From Verrucomicrobiota bacterium (GTDB lineage Bacteria > Verrucomicrobiota > Verrucomicrobiia > Limisphaerales > AAA164-E04): DNA of 64,000 bases. This document shows positions 10,843-22,426 of this stretch, piece after piece; the first letter of the stretch is position 1; each line of letters starts with the position of its first letter. The notes beneath the pieces were generated by a model that saw only the letters and a list, made by a program, of their open reading frames with translations, was not told the DNA's origin and searched no databases. The translations under genes were made by a program, and so were the position numbers. Location: assembly GCA_047947115.1 (NCBI GenBank), contig CP170459.1:4768001-4832000 (forward strand). Direction: 5' to 3'.

Positions 10843-11688
10843 ATGATTGTTTACTGGAACGGACAATTCATCCCAAAGGAACAGGTAAGGGTTTCGCCCG
10901 ATGACCGTGGATTCCTCTTTGGCGATGGCGTTTATGAAGTCGTTCGTATTTATAACGGACGTTTTTTTGAGATGGAAGCCCATGAGCAACGCTTGATCGA
11001 AAGCGCCAATGCAATTGGATTGGCACTTCCTGGATTTAAAGGCATGGGTGCATTTGCACAAGAACTGCTGGGGCACCAAACGCTGCCGGACGGCAATGGC
11101 GTGCTGTATTACCAGATAAGCCGCGGAGCAGCGCCGCGCAAACACTTCTTTCCGGATCCTCCCATCCAAGCAAGTCATTATGCCTACATCCAGGCACTTC
11201 CGCTTCCCGACCTGGCGACTCGCCCGGGTGCAGCGGTCCACACCGGTCCGGACCGACGCTGGGCCAACTGCCACATCAAATCCATAGCACTTCTGGGGAG
11301 TGTCCTGGCCGCCCAGGAAGCAAAAGACAAAGGTGGCCACGAAGCCATCTTGCATCGCGACGAACGAGTCACGGAAGGTTCCCACACCAACGTCTTTGCG
11401 GTGATGAACGGTTCCCTCCTCACTCATCCTGCAAATCAATGGGTCCTCAATGGCATCAATCGCCGGGTCGTGATCGAATTGGCCAAGGAAGCAGGCATTC
11501 CATGTTCGGAGAAAGCCTTCACACTTTCCGAATTAAAACAAGCGTCGGAAGTCTTTCTCACCGGAACCACGGTGGAAATATGGCCGGTTGTTTCAATAGA
11601 TGGCATGCAAGTCGGAGACGGACAAACCGGCTCCGTTGCCCGCCAGTTGCAGAGCCTTTTTGATCGCGGCAAAGATCGCCTGGCTTAA
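10843..11688 (+). CDS. dat: D-amino-acid aminotransferase (PLP class IV)
   Basis: DRGFLFGDGVYEV, HIKSIALL (catalytic K), EGSHTNVF, EVFLTGT. Confidence 0.8.
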   Translation: MIVYWNGQFIPKEQVRVSPDDRGFLFGDGVYEVVRIYNGRFFEMEAHEQRLIESANAIGLALPGFKGMGAFAQELLGHQTLPDGNGVLYYQISRGAAPRKHFFPDPPIQASHYAYIQALPLPDLATRPGAAVHTGPDRRWANCHIKSIALLGSVLAAQEAKDKGGHEAILHRDERVTEGSHTNVFAVMNGSLLTHPANQWVLNGINRRVVIELAKEAGIPCSEKAFTLSELKQASEVFLTGTTVEIWPVVSIDGMQVGDGQTGSVARQLQSLFDRGKDRLA

Positions 11689-12656
11689 TCTTTTTCCAAT
11701 TTGGGGTTGCTGTTCTTCATGAACCGGTACAAGTCACTGTCAGTCGAAAGAATCATGGTCGTTTCACCTTCGATCACCGTTTCGTAGGTCTCAAGCGTCT
11801 TCAGCAATTCATAGAAAGCCGCTGATTCTCTGGATTGATTGTAAGCGCTGGCATAGATCTCCGTGGCTTTTGCATCCGCAGCACCCTGGATTTCCTGAAT
11901 CTGCTTGTAGGCTTCTGATTCGATCTGTTGCATGTCGCGTTCCTTGTTCCCCAGAATACGAGCGGCCTCACCGGCGCCTTCGGAACGAAAGCGTTCGGCG
12001 ATCTGCTGGCGTTCACTGATCATGCGTTCATAAATGCGTTGACGCACGGTTTCGTTGTAGTTGATTCGCTTAAAACGAATATCCAGCAGCTCAATACCGA
12101 AATCTTTCAGTTTTTCGGCGGCCTGCTGATAGATTTCTTCTTCGATCAACGCTCTGCCTTTGGTGATCGGATAAAGCTGCCCCACGTTACCCGGAGCATC
12201 GGACAGTACTTCGTCCACAACCGGTTCACGATCCTTGGTGGTGCGCACGATTTCGATCAGTTCATGCTTGGCGATCGCGTTGCGTGTTTCACTGCCGAGG
12301 ATGTCGTCCAGACGAGACTGAGCACTGCGTTCATCTCTCAAACGAAGGAAAAACTGTTTAGGATCCTGAATGCGCCAGCGTCCAAAGGTATCAACCTCGA
12401 TATAAGTCTTATCCTTGGTCGGCATTTCGTTGGACTGCCCGTCCCAGGCAAGAATGCGTTTTTCAATTTGATTCACATTCTGAATAAACGGGATTTTGAA
12501 ATGTAACCCGGCCGATGTGATGGGCTCCCCGACAGGTTTGCCAAATTGTGTGATGATAGCCTGTTCCGTTTCGTGAATAGTATAAGCGGCATTAAAAACA
12601 AAAAATGCGCCGACGAATACGATTATAGCGAAAAATGTAGCTTTGACTGATTGCAT
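11685..12656 (-). CDS. hflC: FtsH protease modulator HflC
   Basis: QAIITQFGKP, GLHFKIPFIQ, RMISERQQIAERFRSEG; downstream of hflK. Confidence 0.93.
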   Translation of the reverse strand: MQSVKATFFAIIVFVGAFFVFNAAYTIHETEQAIITQFGKPVGEPITSAGLHFKIPFIQNVNQIEKRILAWDGQSNEMPTKDKTYIEVDTFGRWRIQDPKQFFLRLRDERSAQSRLDDILGSETRNAIAKHELIEIVRTTKDREPVVDEVLSDAPGNVGQLYPITKGRALIEEEIYQQAAEKLKDFGIELLDIRFKRINYNETVRQRIYERMISERQQIAERFRSEGAGEAARILGNKERDMQQIESEAYKQIQEIQGAADAKATEIYASAYNQSRESAAFYELLKTLETYETVIEGETTMILSTDSDLYRFMKNSNPKLEKD

Positions 12657-12671
12657 GATGATATCTCCCGA

Positions 12672-13649
12672 TCACTTGTTTCCGTCCAGTTGCAACAGCG
12701 GCAGCACTTGATTGGCCTCTGCATCCATGATGATTTTCCTGCCCATTTTCGGCACCACACTCTTCATGGTTTCCAGATACATGCGCATCCGCGTTACTTC
12801 AGGCGCTTTGGCGTATTCCAGAAACATGGCATTGAAACGGGTGGCATCCCCTTCCGCTTCGTTGATTCGTTTCAAGGCGTAACCTTCGGCGGCTTTGATC
12901 TTCTGATCCGCCTCACCTCGTGCCAACGGCACCACCTTATTGTATTCCCGATTGGCCTCGTTCACGAGTTGCACGCGCTGCTGCTGTGCTTGGTTGACTT
13001 CATTGAATGATGCTCGGACGGGATCCGGCGGATTGACGTCTTTGAGTTGAACCTGGTCGATACTCAACCCCATCTCGTATTTGTTCACCAATTCCTGCAA
13101 CCGTTGCAGCACGAACACTTCGATCTCCTGACGTCCAACCGTGATGACTTCATCCACTGTCCGGTCGCCCACCACTTCACGCATGACGGATTCGGAAACG
13201 GCTCTCAAGGTATCACCAGGATCTCTCACCTGAAAAAGATACTGCCTGGGATCGTTGATGCGATACTGAACAATCCATTCGACCGTTGCCGCATTCAGGT
13301 CTCCGGTCACCATGTTCTTTTCATTTTCCCAGCTTCTCGAAGAGGAGTACTGTCTGGGATTCGTTGCCCCGGCAGTTCCAAAACCAAATTCCTGCTTCAA
13401 CTGACGTCTGACAGGAACAATCTCCACCGAATCAATACCGAATGGCATCTTGACCCTCAAACCCGGATCAACCGTCTTGATGTACTTTCCAAAACGAAGC
13501 ACGACGCCCTGGGACTCGGCCTGCACGGTGTAAAACATGGTGAACAACGCAACCAGGATCAGGGCCGCAATGGCCCCCATCATGATCACCCGCAACTGAA
13601 TTCTGTGGTCGTTGAAGTTGGCTTCAAAGACGTTTTTCATCTGACTCAT
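12672..13649 (-). CDS. hflK: FtsH protease modulator HflK
   Basis: GVVLRFGKY, MVTGDLN, VNPPDPVRASFNEV, APEVTRMRMYLETM. Confidence 0.93.
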   Translation of the reverse strand: MSQMKNVFEANFNDHRIQLRVIMMGAIAALILVALFTMFYTVQAESQGVVLRFGKYIKTVDPGLRVKMPFGIDSVEIVPVRRQLKQEFGFGTAGATNPRQYSSSRSWENEKNMVTGDLNAATVEWIVQYRINDPRQYLFQVRDPGDTLRAVSESVMREVVGDRTVDEVITVGRQEIEVFVLQRLQELVNKYEMGLSIDQVQLKDVNPPDPVRASFNEVNQAQQQRVQLVNEANREYNKVVPLARGEADQKIKAAEGYALKRINEAEGDATRFNAMFLEYAKAPEVTRMRMYLETMKSVVPKMGRKIIMDAEANQVLPLLQLDGNK

Positions 13650-16600
13650 GGTTTTTTACTAAATTGTGGCTTGGTCCGATCGCCGCCGGATTCCAAGTAA
13701 GCAAGCAGATCCAATATTTCCTCCTTTTTCAAAACTTGCAACAATCCTTCCGGCATGGGAGAGAGTTTGGATGGTTCCCTTGCACTGATGTCCGTCTTTT
13801 TGACAGTCGTGACAGTGGAATCGTAGGGGTTTTCCTGCAAATCGAGGCTACTGTCTGTTTCCCCAACCAATCTCCCGACAAATTGTTCTCCGTTCTTGGT
13901 TTGAACTTTTTCGTAGACGTATTGTTCGGAAAGCACCTTGGATGGATGCATGATGGAGTCCAGAACATCCAATCTTGAAAAACGGCTGCTGATCGCGGTT
14001 AGTTCGGGCCCTACCGATCCTCCCTCGTTGCCAAAACGATGACAGGCGCCACATTGCGCAGCCTGATAAGCCAGTCGTCCCTGTTCAAAGTCCCGCCCTT
14101 TACCAACCTGGTCGAGTTGTGATTCGATGTCGCTCATGGTCCATTCGGTAAATTCACCACGCGTCAGAATTGGATTCGGGGGCAGTTCCCGGTCCACCGT
14201 AAGGCCTCCGTCAAGAATGTCCTTGAGGGCGTTTTTTTCAGCATCCGTCAGGTGCGCCAGCGCGTCATTTTTGATATTAACCATGAATTTGTTGAAACTG
14301 GCACCAAAGGAGAATCCACGCCCGGCCTCCAGAAACCAGGACAAGGTTCGCGGAGGGTGCTGAATGCTGTTCAGATCCTTGTTAAACCAACTGAAATAAC
14401 GTCGACGCTGTTCCAATGTCCAGCCTTCCGACACATTCCGGAGGGTGAAGATGTAGTGCAATTGGTCCTGATGATATTTGGTCTGATCCACCAAGGCCAA
14501 GGTGTCTTCGATGACGCCGGGGACGTTAAAGTAAACGTCGATGCGGCACAGTTCCTGATTCACTTTTTCACTCGGTGACGGGTAAAGCTGGTCAACAGCG
14601 CCGGCAACGAGTTGCGCGGTGTTGGCAGAAGGTTTTCCCATGCGAACGAAACACAACTGCAGGATACGTGCTGCCTGCAACTGCTGTTCTTCCGTCAAAG
14701 CAGGACCACTCACTTCCTGAAGCTTTTCCAGCAGAGCATCTTGCCAGCCATTGGTCCCGACCCGGGCCAAAGCAAGAAGGCCGGTTAAACTTCCCTGCAC
14801 GCTGTATTCATCCAACAAGCGATCACTCCATGCTGTGACAGGCTGGCTTTCAATCGCGACACGGGCGGCATAGCGTATAAAACGATCCGAACTCCGCAGG
14901 TGAGGCCAGGCGAAGGCAACTGCCTGGGAATCGATTTTTCCATGGAAGGATTCCAATCGACGTCTCAACATCCGGGCGTCGGCTTCCTTGGTATCTTCGT
15001 AGGAAACCAGATCGGTCGGTTCCTGTCCTTCGTAGGTCACTCGATAGAGTCCGGACTGGGTACCACGGCCTCCTATCGCAAAGTAAAGCGCGCCATCCGG
15101 GCCTACTTCCATATCAGACACATTCAGAGGACGCCCCGACACGAAGGTTTCCTTCGATGCATAGTAACTGGCTCCATTCGGAATCATGTGAATGGCAAAT
15201 ATCCGGCCATAGGACCAATCCATCACGTAAAGCGCCTTCTGGTATCGCTCGGGAAACTGTGCTCCATAACCAAAACAAACGCCCGTCGGGGAACCGATCC
15301 CGACATCGATCAAGGCAGGTAGACTGTCCTCAAAATATTCCGGCCATTTACTGGTACCGGATCGCCAGCCGTATTCCCCGCCCACGACTGAATGGATCAC
15401 CCGGGTGGGACGGTACCATGGCGTTCCCCAATCCCATTCCATGTCGCTGTCATAGGTGAAGATTTCTCCGTCGGCGTTGAAATCGAAATCATAGGAATTG
15501 CGGTAACCGGCCAGCAATAATTCCCAGTGTTTTCCTTCGGCATCGGTTCGCACGATGTATCCCCCCGGCGCCATGACACCGGTGGCGTGACCGTTGGCAT
15601 CCCATTGACGCGGCAGTAAATGATCTTCCGCAAAATTTCGGTGAGGCGAGTTGTCGGCCACTCCTTCCGGGACACGGGTATGATTGCCGTTCATCATGTA
15701 AATCATCCCATCAGGCCCCAGTCTCAATCCGTGGTAACCATGTTCCCCTTCTCCGCGGATGGATTTCAAAAAGATCGTCTCATCGTCGGTCCATTGGTCA
15801 TCCTGATTGCGGTCGATCCAGCGATATAAACCGGTTCCGTTCGGGCCGTGACCATTGATGTAAAGACTGTCATGAGCATAAAGCAACCCCATGGCATGGC
15901 GCACTTTGGTGTTTGAGAACGTTTCCACCACCGGCGAAGAGGAATCCAACTGACTGACTCGGAGGAGCGGATCTTCATCTGATTGCGGGGAAAGAATGAT
16001 TCTGCCCTGCCCGTCAAAGGTCATGGCGATCCAGGAACCCTGCCCACGTGCCGAGGAAAGAACGCGTTCCACTTTGAAACCTTCAGGCACTTTGATGGAA
16101 TCCGCTGCGGTGGCTTCCTTGCCGTTGAATACATTTCCCCAAGGTTGGTCCCCCAATTGGGCGACCACTGAAACACGATCCCACTTGGAATCATCGAAAA
16201 CCGGGTTCATCCAGCCTTCCCCGGATTCGTCCGAGGACAACCACCAGCCGTCCGTGGCAATATTGGGATTCGGGCCATTGGGACGTTTAACATTCAACCG
16301 GGCCATGACACCGGCGGAACCTCCACGGTTCATCGCCCGGATGGCCAGCACATTGCGTCCCTGCTTCAAACCGGTGGTCACATCGGCAAAGGCCGGGCGC
16401 TGCCAGTCTCGGGAAACGGCGATGCGTTCGCCATTCAGATAAGCCGCACCATCATTGTCGATGGACATCTCAAAGGAGGCGCTTTCCCATCCCCCGGGCA
16501 ATGTGAACGCGTAACGAAAAAACCTGGGCTCCGAAACGGAATCCGGATTTTCATCCGATGCGTGCCAGATCCAGGATGCACCTTGAACCTGCTGACCAAA

Positions 16601-16654
16601 GCTTGCCAGAACCAGCAAACTCAATGACAAAAAGTTGCGAATGGGACCTCTCAT
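13646..16654 (-). CDS. PVC-type secreted beta-propeller/HEAT protein with C-terminal heme c domain
   Basis: Signal peptide, galactose-binding-like N-domain, propeller motif GYRNSYD, HEAT-like region, CGACH followed by GPELT and SPMPEGL. Confidence 0.85.
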   Translation of the reverse strand: MRGPIRNFLSLSLLVLASFGQQVQGASWIWHASDENPDSVSEPRFFRYAFTLPGGWESASFEMSIDNDGAAYLNGERIAVSRDWQRPAFADVTTGLKQGRNVLAIRAMNRGGSAGVMARLNVKRPNGPNPNIATDGWWLSSDESGEGWMNPVFDDSKWDRVSVVAQLGDQPWGNVFNGKEATAADSIKVPEGFKVERVLSSARGQGSWIAMTFDGQGRIILSPQSDEDPLLRVSQLDSSSPVVETFSNTKVRHAMGLLYAHDSLYINGHGPNGTGLYRWIDRNQDDQWTDDETIFLKSIRGEGEHGYHGLRLGPDGMIYMMNGNHTRVPEGVADNSPHRNFAEDHLLPRQWDANGHATGVMAPGGYIVRTDAEGKHWELLLAGYRNSYDFDFNADGEIFTYDSDMEWDWGTPWYRPTRVIHSVVGGEYGWRSGTSKWPEYFEDSLPALIDVGIGSPTGVCFGYGAQFPERYQKALYVMDWSYGRIFAIHMIPNGASYYASKETFVSGRPLNVSDMEVGPDGALYFAIGGRGTQSGLYRVTYEGQEPTDLVSYEDTKEADARMLRRRLESFHGKIDSQAVAFAWPHLRSSDRFIRYAARVAIESQPVTAWSDRLLDEYSVQGSLTGLLALARVGTNGWQDALLEKLQEVSGPALTEEQQLQAARILQLCFVRMGKPSANTAQLVAGAVDQLYPSPSEKVNQELCRIDVYFNVPGVIEDTLALVDQTKYHQDQLHYIFTLRNVSEGWTLEQRRRYFSWFNKDLNSIQHPPRTLSWFLEAGRGFSFGASFNKFMVNIKNDALAHLTDAEKNALKDILDGGLTVDRELPPNPILTRGEFTEWTMSDIESQLDQVGKGRDFEQGRLAYQAAQCGACHRFGNEGGSVGPELTAISSRFSRLDVLDSIMHPSKVLSEQYVYEKVQTKNGEQFVGRLVGETDSSLDLQENPYDSTVTTVKKTDISAREPSKLSPMPEGLLQVLKKEEILDLLAYLESGGDRTKPQFSKKP

Positions 16655-16825
16655 AGTTTTTTTTCGAATCGATGCATGTAAACGGGGACTTTGACCACAG
16701 TCCGCTTTCGTCGCAAGGAGTTTCTTGTGAATAAAAAAGACGGGATCTCTCAGGACTCAGATGCCCTGTCCCTGGTATTGCCTGATAGCCATCCAACAGA
16801 CTAAACTGGCCTTTCAACATAATCC

Positions 16826-17722
16826 ATGAAACGCGCGCATCCCATCCTTCGCCCCGCTTCGACCTGGCTCCCATTCATGCTGGCAACCTTTTTTGCGCTC
16901 ACCTCCAGCACGGGAATCACACAGCTTTCAACTCTGTCCAATCTGAATGAATTCCCAACCCTATTTGAAAACCCTCCCACCGTCGCGGGAAATCCAGCGC
17001 CCGGCAAGCGCATCAAAGGAACGACCTCCGGTTGGAAGGACACCAATGCTTATCACACCCTCTATCTTCCAACAGATTGGACACCCGACATCCAATGGCC
17101 TGTGATCGTTGAATATCCGGGAAATGGAGGCTATTCCAATGCTCTGGGAGATGTCAGCGAAGGGACGGTTGAAGGCTGTATGATGGGCTACGGGCTTTCC
17201 GGCGGAACTGGATTCATCTGGATCTCGATGCCCTTTGTCAGTGCGGCGGGACAAAATGCCGTCAAGTGGTGGGGGGATATTGAATCCACCAAGCGTTACT
17301 GCATCCAAACTGTGAATGCTGTTTGCGAGCAATACAACGGCGATCCTTCACGGGTCATCCTGGCAGGATTCTCACGCGGAGCCATCGCCTGCAACTACAT
17401 TGGACTCCACGACGACTCCATTGCCGATCTTTGGTGCGGCATGATCTGTCATAGCCATTATGAAGGTGAATTCAAACATCCCGCACCAGATGAATCCGAA
17501 TGGCCCGACCGATTGAAACGGCTGGGCAAACGACCGCAATTCATCAGTCACGAAATGTCGGTCCACCCCATTCAAAAAGTGATTCAACATGCCGGTTTCG
17601 AAGGCAACCTCACTTTTCAAGCACTTCCATTCAAAAACCACAGCGCCAGATGGACCCTCTGCGATCTTCCTTTGAGGAATCAAGCCAGACAATGGCTGCT
17701 GCAATTTGGAAATCAGCCCTGA
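16826..17722 (+). CDS. Secreted alpha/beta-hydrolase-fold protein
   Basis: Signal peptide, LYLPTDW...PVIVEYPGNG, nucleophile elbow GFSRG. Confidence 0.65.
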   Translation: MKRAHPILRPASTWLPFMLATFFALTSSTGITQLSTLSNLNEFPTLFENPPTVAGNPAPGKRIKGTTSGWKDTNAYHTLYLPTDWTPDIQWPVIVEYPGNGGYSNALGDVSEGTVEGCMMGYGLSGGTGFIWISMPFVSAAGQNAVKWWGDIESTKRYCIQTVNAVCEQYNGDPSRVILAGFSRGAIACNYIGLHDDSIADLWCGMICHSHYEGEFKHPAPDESEWPDRLKRLGKRPQFISHEMSVHPIQKVIQHAGFEGNLTFQALPFKNHSARWTLCDLPLRNQARQWLLQFGNQP

Positions 17723-17785
17723 TCCTTTGGTCAACAGAAAGGATTCTTGAACAAACAATGGTTTCCCCGGCATATTCTCGTCATC

Positions 17786-20700
17786 ATGAATAGCCGAAAG
17801 TTTCATTTGATCGTCAGCATCATGCTGACCATTGGTTTCGTCACGGGCTTCTCGACCGCGGCGCAAGGAGCCGAAGCCAGGCTCAAGGCCCTGTTGGTGG
17901 CCGGCGGATGCTGCCACGACTACACCCATCAACACGAAGTGCTCGTCAAAGGCATCCAGGAAAGAGCCAATGTACAGGTCGATGTCGTCTGGACCGATGA
18001 TCGCTCCACCACCCCGCCTCTGCCGCTTTACAACGATCCGAATTGGGCGGACGGTTACGACGTCGTCATTCACGATGAATGCGCCGCGGGAAATGCCGAT
18101 CTGGAAGTCATGCACAATATCCTGCGAACGCATCAGGTCATCCCTGCCGTTCATCTCCACTGCGCGATGCACAGTTTCAGGAACGGCACCGATCTTTGGT
18201 TCAAACACCTCGGCCTTCAATCCTCAAGTCATGGCCCCCAGGTTCCCATTGACATTCATTTCACGGACACGGCTCACCCCATCACCGCCACACTCAAGGA
18301 TTGGACAACCATTCGGGAAGAACTTTACAACAATGTCAAACTGTTCGACGCCCACCCGCTCGCATCCGGCAAGCAGGTCATTCGCAGGGATGGAAATGAA
18401 CGTGTCGCCGAAGCAGTCGTGGCATGGATCAATGAAAAGCAAGGAGCCCGCAGTTTCAGCACCACCATCGGACATAACACGGAAACAGTGGCCGACCCGC
18501 GCTATCTGGAATTGATCACCCGTGGATTGCTCTGGGCATGCGATCAACTCAACACCGAACACCTGACACCTTACTCAGGCAAAAACAAGGTCACCTTTGT
18601 CGAGGCCAAACCCAAGCCCCAGGCAGCAACAGCCCCCCAACCCGGCGGAAACGCCCCCAAGGACGCCACATTGGTCCAAGTCACGGCCAGCAGCACACAG
18701 GATCAACGCTGGACCTGGATGGCTATTGACGGCAACAAGGAGACCCGTTGGTGCGCCAGCGGCGCGGAAACACCCCAGTGGCTTCAACTTGAATTCGAAA
18801 ACCCACAGGAAATCTCCGGAGTGGACATCGTCTGGGAAAGCCAGACCAACGCTTACGGATACAAACTGGAATCCTCCATGGATGGCAAGACCTGGACTTC
18901 ATTGTTTGACGCCACCAACAATGTCAAACGAGGCAAAACCCAAGCCACTTTCCCCGCAAAAACCATGCGATTCCTCAAACTGACCGGCACCCGCACCATC
19001 GGCGGTGGATGGATCAGTCTCTGGGAACTCTCAGTCAAGGGAAAAGACATCAAATCCCTCTTTCCAAAACTTGACAGCAACGAACAAAAAACCGCCGTGG
19101 CCGCCCGGCAAACCGCGGAGGATCCACTCGCAAAAGGAGGCAACATCACACCGAAAATTGCTGCGCTGAACAGTGCGGAAGTGGAAAGCATCATGAAAGA
19201 CGTCAAAGTGCCTGAAGGATTTGACGTCACCTTGTTCGCATCCTCCGCCACAGCCAATTATCCGGTATATGTCGCCGCCTCCCCCGATGGAGACCTTTAC
19301 GTCAGCAGCGACGGGAATGGTTCGCTCGGACGCAACCCGCATCGTGGCCGTGTGCTGCGCCTTCGAGATTCCAACAACGACGGAAAGGCCGATGAAGTCA
19401 AAGAATTCATCAAGGACATCGATTCCCCCCGAGGTTTGATTTGGGATCAGGATCGACTGTATCTACTCCACCCACCCCATATCAGCGTCTTTTATGACCG
19501 GGACGGAGACGGCATTTCGGAAGATTCCAAACGGCTTGTTTCCGGCATCGCGTTCGATTTCGATCAACGTCCTCCCGATCACACCACCAACGGTCTGGAA
19601 CTGGGAATCGACGGCTGGATCTATATCGCAGGCGGTGACTTCGGGTTCATGAATGCCGAGGGAACCGATGGCCGCAAACTCCAACATCGAGGTGGTGGCG
19701 TCATTCGTTTTCGTCCGGACGGCACCGGGCTCCAACTCTTCGCAACAGGCACACGCAACATTCTCGGCACCCCGATGAGTCCCCTGCTGGACATGTTTGC
19801 CCGGGACAACACCAATGACGGAGGAGGCTGGGACGTCCGGCTGCATCACTTCACCGGTCTGGAAGACCACGGCTATCCCCGCCTTTATAAAAACTTTGGA
19901 GAAGAACACATTCAACCACTCGCCGATTATGGCGGAGGATCCGGTTGTGGTTCGGTTTATATCCATGAACCTGGCTTTCCGGCTGAATGGGCCAATGCAC
20001 CCTTCACCTGTGATTGGGGACGTGCGGCCACCTTCCACCACAGCGTCGAACGACGTGGAGCTACTTTTGTGGAAACATCCGCGCCAAAACCCTTCATCCA
20101 GGTCACAAGACCAACCGACGCCGATGTGGACGGCATGAGCCGGGTATATCAAGCCAGTTGGAAAGGCCCTGCCACCTTCAATTGGGCGGGACCGGATCAT
20201 GGCTATATCGTTCGCGTCACACCGAAAGGCTACAACCCGGAACCTCTCCCCGTGTTTGACCATTTGACGGATGCGGCACTGATCAAACTGCTGGAATCCC
20301 CCAGTCACATCCGCACGCTCGCCGCCCAGCGCACACTGCTGAGGCGTGACCCGACTCCCGACACAACCGGGGCACTCCTGCAACTCGCGGCAAACCGTTC
20401 GAAAGACCTTGGCGCAAGGATCGCGGCACTTTACGCCGTCACCCAACGAGGCATCGACAGCCGCCTCAGTGCGGAGGTCATTGAACAGGTCAAGCCACTC
20501 ATTCAGGACACAACCCTGCAGGCGTTCGTGTTGCGGGCTTTGGGTGATATGGGGCTGAACCTCAGAACACAGGGCGTCAGCGGCCCGGTGGAAGCGGCTG
20601 TATTTGAAACGGGCATGGACAGTGACGATCCCCGCACACGTCTCGAAGCCATCATCGCGGCGACACATCAGGGTCGCTTGAATACAGCCGGCCTGATCGC

Positions 20701-22255
20701 CGCAAGTCTGGGGCATGAAGATGGCGTCATTGCCCACACCGCATTTCGATCATTGGCCGAACTGGGTGCCAGTGAAGCATGTTTTGCTGTTTTGGATTCG
20801 GCATCATCGAGCAACGCCCAGAAGCAAGGTGCTTCCTTTGCTCTCATGCGCATGCATGAATCAGATGTGGTTGAGGGCCTCATTTCACGTCTGCAGGATC
20901 CGGGTAAAATATCCATCAAACCTCACCTGCTATCCGCGCTCTGCCGACTCTACCATCAGGAAGCTGAATGGAAGGGTGACAGTTGGGGAACGAGACCTGA
21001 CACCCGCGGCCCCTATTACCAATTGGACACCTGGGGACAATCAGAGCGTATCCTTGAAGCGCTCAAGCAGGAACTTGCCTCTGCCGGGCCAGAGCAAGCG
21101 GCATTACTGATCAGCGAAATGAATCGCAATCGCATTCAATCCAACGAAGCACTGGAACGCATCATTGATCTGGCAACGGAAGACGCATCACATGTCGGCG
21201 CGGCAGTATCTCAACTAGCGGCTATTGATGACATCCCGGCAAAAGCGGTGCCACTGTTGATCAAGGCAGCTAATAATCCATTGGCTTCACCCGCCGTCTT
21301 GTCACAAAGCATCGCCGGACTGGCAAAGACCCGTCACTCCTCCGCACTGAACGCCATGCTGACCGCCATGAGCACCCTCCAGAATGCCGAAGGTTCCGAC
21401 AAGGAACAAGCGGCGGGTCGCAGCGCCTTTCTGGGAAGCGCCCTGCTGGTTGATCAACATGAACAACTGGAAAAACTGGCCGCCGAAGACCTGAAATCAC
21501 CCGCTGCAAAGTGGGCCAACGCAGGATTGCTGGCTCTGGCGGAACGTAAGAACATCGGACCTGAAATTACGACACACGTGCGCAAAGCAATCGACCTGGG
21601 CTGGCAGGAAGCGGACCGGCGCGTTCTGCTCATGAATACGGCGGCGCTCCTGCGCAACCACTATCTGGATGCACGCATTCAGGCCTCGATGAACGATTTT
21701 GATCCGGACATCGCCGATGCCGCCAAATCAGCCGCCAGACGCTTGCGCATCCCTGCCCCCGGCGAAGACAACACATCAAAAATCGGAGATCTCACTCCCG
21801 AAAAAGCGCTCGAACAGGTTGCTTCTTTCAAAGGCGATATCGCTCTCGGGGAAGCTGTCTTTTTACGCGCGGCCTGTGCAACCTGCCACACGGTGAGTCA
21901 GGATCAGAAACAAAAAGGCCCCTACCTTGGCAACATCGCCAACACTTATCGTCGCAATGACCTGGCCCTATCCATTCTGGATCCCAACAAGACCATCGCC
22001 CAGGGATTTGCCACCAATTTTCTGCACCTGAAGGATGGACGGGAACTGACCGGATTCGTCGTGAACGAAGCCGGGGACCAGGTGGTTTTAAGGGATATAC
22101 TCGCCCAGGAACACAACATCGAAAAGCGTGACATCCAAGAACGCAGAACACTCGAAACATCCATCATGCCCGAAGGACTGATGGCGGGATTTTCCGTCAA
22201 AGAAATGGCCAGCCTTCTCGATTACCTGGAGAACCTTTCGAGTGATGATGAGTAA
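17786..22255 (+). CDS. ThuA-like + discoidin (F5/8C) + PVC-type propeller/HEAT + heme c protein
   Basis: AGGCCHDY (ThuA), AIDGNKETRW...QWLQLE (F5/8C), GTRN propeller motif, CATCH heme site, SIMPEGL. Confidence 0.85.
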   Translation: MNSRKFHLIVSIMLTIGFVTGFSTAAQGAEARLKALLVAGGCCHDYTHQHEVLVKGIQERANVQVDVVWTDDRSTTPPLPLYNDPNWADGYDVVIHDECAAGNADLEVMHNILRTHQVIPAVHLHCAMHSFRNGTDLWFKHLGLQSSSHGPQVPIDIHFTDTAHPITATLKDWTTIREELYNNVKLFDAHPLASGKQVIRRDGNERVAEAVVAWINEKQGARSFSTTIGHNTETVADPRYLELITRGLLWACDQLNTEHLTPYSGKNKVTFVEAKPKPQAATAPQPGGNAPKDATLVQVTASSTQDQRWTWMAIDGNKETRWCASGAETPQWLQLEFENPQEISGVDIVWESQTNAYGYKLESSMDGKTWTSLFDATNNVKRGKTQATFPAKTMRFLKLTGTRTIGGGWISLWELSVKGKDIKSLFPKLDSNEQKTAVAARQTAEDPLAKGGNITPKIAALNSAEVESIMKDVKVPEGFDVTLFASSATANYPVYVAASPDGDLYVSSDGNGSLGRNPHRGRVLRLRDSNNDGKADEVKEFIKDIDSPRGLIWDQDRLYLLHPPHISVFYDRDGDGISEDSKRLVSGIAFDFDQRPPDHTTNGLELGIDGWIYIAGGDFGFMNAEGTDGRKLQHRGGGVIRFRPDGTGLQLFATGTRNILGTPMSPLLDMFARDNTNDGGGWDVRLHHFTGLEDHGYPRLYKNFGEEHIQPLADYGGGSGCGSVYIHEPGFPAEWANAPFTCDWGRAATFHHSVERRGATFVETSAPKPFIQVTRPTDADVDGMSRVYQASWKGPATFNWAGPDHGYIVRVTPKGYNPEPLPVFDHLTDAALIKLLESPSHIRTLAAQRTLLRRDPTPDTTGALLQLAANRSKDLGARIAALYAVTQRGIDSRLSAEVIEQVKPLIQDTTLQAFVLRALGDMGLNLRTQGVSGPVEAAVFETGMDSDDPRTRLEAIIAATHQGRLNTAGLIAASLGHEDGVIAHTAFRSLAELGASEACFAVLDSASSSNAQKQGASFALMRMHESDVVEGLISRLQDPGKISIKPHLLSALCRLYHQEAEWKGDSWGTRPDTRGPYYQLDTWGQSERILEALKQELASAGPEQAALLISEMNRNRIQSNEALERIIDLATEDASHVGAAVSQLAAIDDIPAKAVPLLIKAANNPLASPAVLSQSIAGLAKTRHSSALNAMLTAMSTLQNAEGSDKEQAAGRSAFLGSALLVDQHEQLEKLAAEDLKSPAAKWANAGLLALAERKNIGPEITTHVRKAIDLGWQEADRRVLLMNTAALLRNHYLDARIQASMNDFDPDIADAAKSAARRLRIPAPGEDNTSKIGDLTPEKALEQVASFKGDIALGEAVFLRAACATCHTVSQDQKQKGPYLGNIANTYRRNDLALSILDPNKTIAQGFATNFLHLKDGRELTGFVVNEAGDQVVLRDILAQEHNIEKRDIQERRTLETSIMPEGLMAGFSVKEMASLLDYLENLSSDDE

Positions 22256-22426
22256 TTCGATGCAAAGGCATTCAACAAAACTGGTGGATCGGATCGCCAG
22301 GAAGTACCCACAAGCTATCGCGATGCGGATGTTTGGTGGTCATCTCTGAGGTTTTCCTTTGGATGGCAGTTTTGAACAGGTATGCCATGAGGGCGCGGCG
22401 GGACGCCACGGTCTACCTGTTTGCAT